Origin: Chiloscyllium plagiosum
Taxonomy: Eukaryota
Direction: 5' to 3'
Assembly (NCBI RefSeq): GCF_004010195.1
Contig: NC_057715.1
Location: 114,078,257-114,142,256, forward strand
DNA: 64,000 nucleotides
Below the pieces are notes generated by a model. That model was given only the letters and a program-made list of their open reading frames with translations. It had not been told where the DNA came from and searched no databases. This document shows positions 62,680-64,000 of the stretch, one piece after another; position 1 is the first letter of the stretch, and every line of letters begins with the position of its first letter. Made by a program: the position numbers and the translations under genes.

Positions 62680-63239
62680 TAAGTCAATTTTCATTGCGCA
62701 GCTTCACAAAATAGAAAAGTCTCAAGCTCTTTAATGCAGGCAGTCATTTAGACATTATCAAATATTTTGCCAAAGAAAAGGATTATTCTCAGAACAGGAC
62801 GAGTTCATTTCCATTGACATTTCTACCACGAGGCTGTGGACCTTTGGTCTCCTGCTTCTGCTGTTCTGCAACGGCTGCAGCAGCGACAATGGCCACTACC
62901 TGCCTTTGAAGATTGCACTCTAGAGTCAGTTTCATCTTCCGACAGTGCCTGAAGCCTCTAACTGGGGACCAAGCAGACCTCCTTAAAAAATTGCACTTCT
63001 AAAGTATCTTTAACTTAGAAAAAATATCAGATGCAATTAGACAGAGTTGGAGGAAATATTGAGGGAGATGGCCAAATATTTGTGAAGTGGAGTCTTGTAA
63101 CAAGGCAGAGGTATATAGACATGGAATTCTAGAATGCAAGATCTAAGCAACTTAAGGCAAAACTATTCAAAGGGTTTAACGGAAGAAATAAAAAGGAATA
63201 TCAAAAAGCTATATACAGGGGAAGGGATGGGGAGGTTTA

Positions 63240-63840
63240 GAGAAACAGTAACAGAAACTAGGAGCAGGAATAGGATAAATGGCCCTTTGAATCTGCTTTG
63301 CAGTTCAATAGGATCATTGCTGATCTCTTTCTCAATACAATATTCCTGACTTTGCTCTTGATACATTTCAAATATAAAAATGTACCTCTTCCTTTCTTAT
63401 AATTATTAAGTGACTTGGCCTCCACAATCTTCTATTGTCGAGAATTCTGGAAACTCTCTGCCCTTTGAGTGAAGAAATATTTCTTTACCTCAGTCTGATA
63501 TAGCCTACCCAATATACTGAGACTGTGGTCCCTGGTGCTATATATAAAAAGGCTGTCTTAAATGTGGAGCATTTGCGATACAGTGGAGAAGTTTATGTGA
63601 ATGGTTATCATATAATTGCAATTACGGAGACATTACTGTAGGGTAACCAAGGATATGAAGTGAATATTCATGCACATTCATTAAAAGGAAGAACAAATAA
63701 AAAGTGATTGATTGGATAATGGAGTTAAATCATTACAATATTGGGAAGAATATTGATTTGGAAAATCATAATGTGAATCTGTAAGTGAATCAAAGGTCAG
63801 AAAATCTTGGTGGAGATTGTCTTAGGCTCCCAAACAGCAA
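63240..63840. mobile_element. CR1 tail (minus, about 63240-63540) abutting a CR1 endonuclease remnant (plus, about 63550-63840)
   Basis: Typical CR1 tail, then YHIIAITETLL (APE domain IAITETWL motif). Confidence 0.65.
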
Positions 63841-64000
63841 TCTTGGCAGCTTTTTCAGCCCCAAGCTGAGCATCTGACTTTGTTCTTTACAGCAGAAAGA
63901 CTAACTACTGCCACCTTTGCAAGAAAACATCCTTTTCCATGGAGTGAAATGAACAAGCAGTGGTTTAAGAATCCTTCATTCAGTTCAGGTCATTCAAAAC

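Noticed and set aside
62900-62965. Exon-like segment on the minus strand ending CAG|gtagtg
   Set aside because: The candidate acceptors give 49, 56, 58 or 62 nt, none preserving frame in a phase-2 intron, and there is no similarity to UVRAG.

Overview
Eukaryotic (cartilaginous fish, most likely a shark) genomic DNA, not prokaryotic; nearly all ORFs in the supplied track are spurious or retroelement debris. The window lies inside the 3' part of the UVRAG gene on the minus strand. Three phase-compatible coding exons are recognisable: 47414-47492 ([26 protein letters not shown]), 9344-9435 ([30 protein letters not shown]) and the terminal exon <1-480 (C-DRPLSSAIPVPRR...PPSYN...). The introns are filled with CR1, L2-like and Rex1/Babar LINE fragments, HE1-type V-SINEs, Deu-domain SINEs, a Tc2-like MITE, an LTR remnant and a Penelope GIY-YIG element arranged as an inverted repeat. 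The most notable unexplained structure is a set of four sequence-unrelated families of short, often fold-back, TSD-flanked Penelope-type elements that all carry the same minimal hammerhead ribozyme topology. Also notable are candidate unannotated frame-compatible UVRAG cassette exons in the last intron, an insertion that captured an inverted copy of nearby DNA, and very long (48-53 bp) duplications around tiny CR1 fragments. Repeat family names come from recognition by eye and repeat boundaries are approximate.
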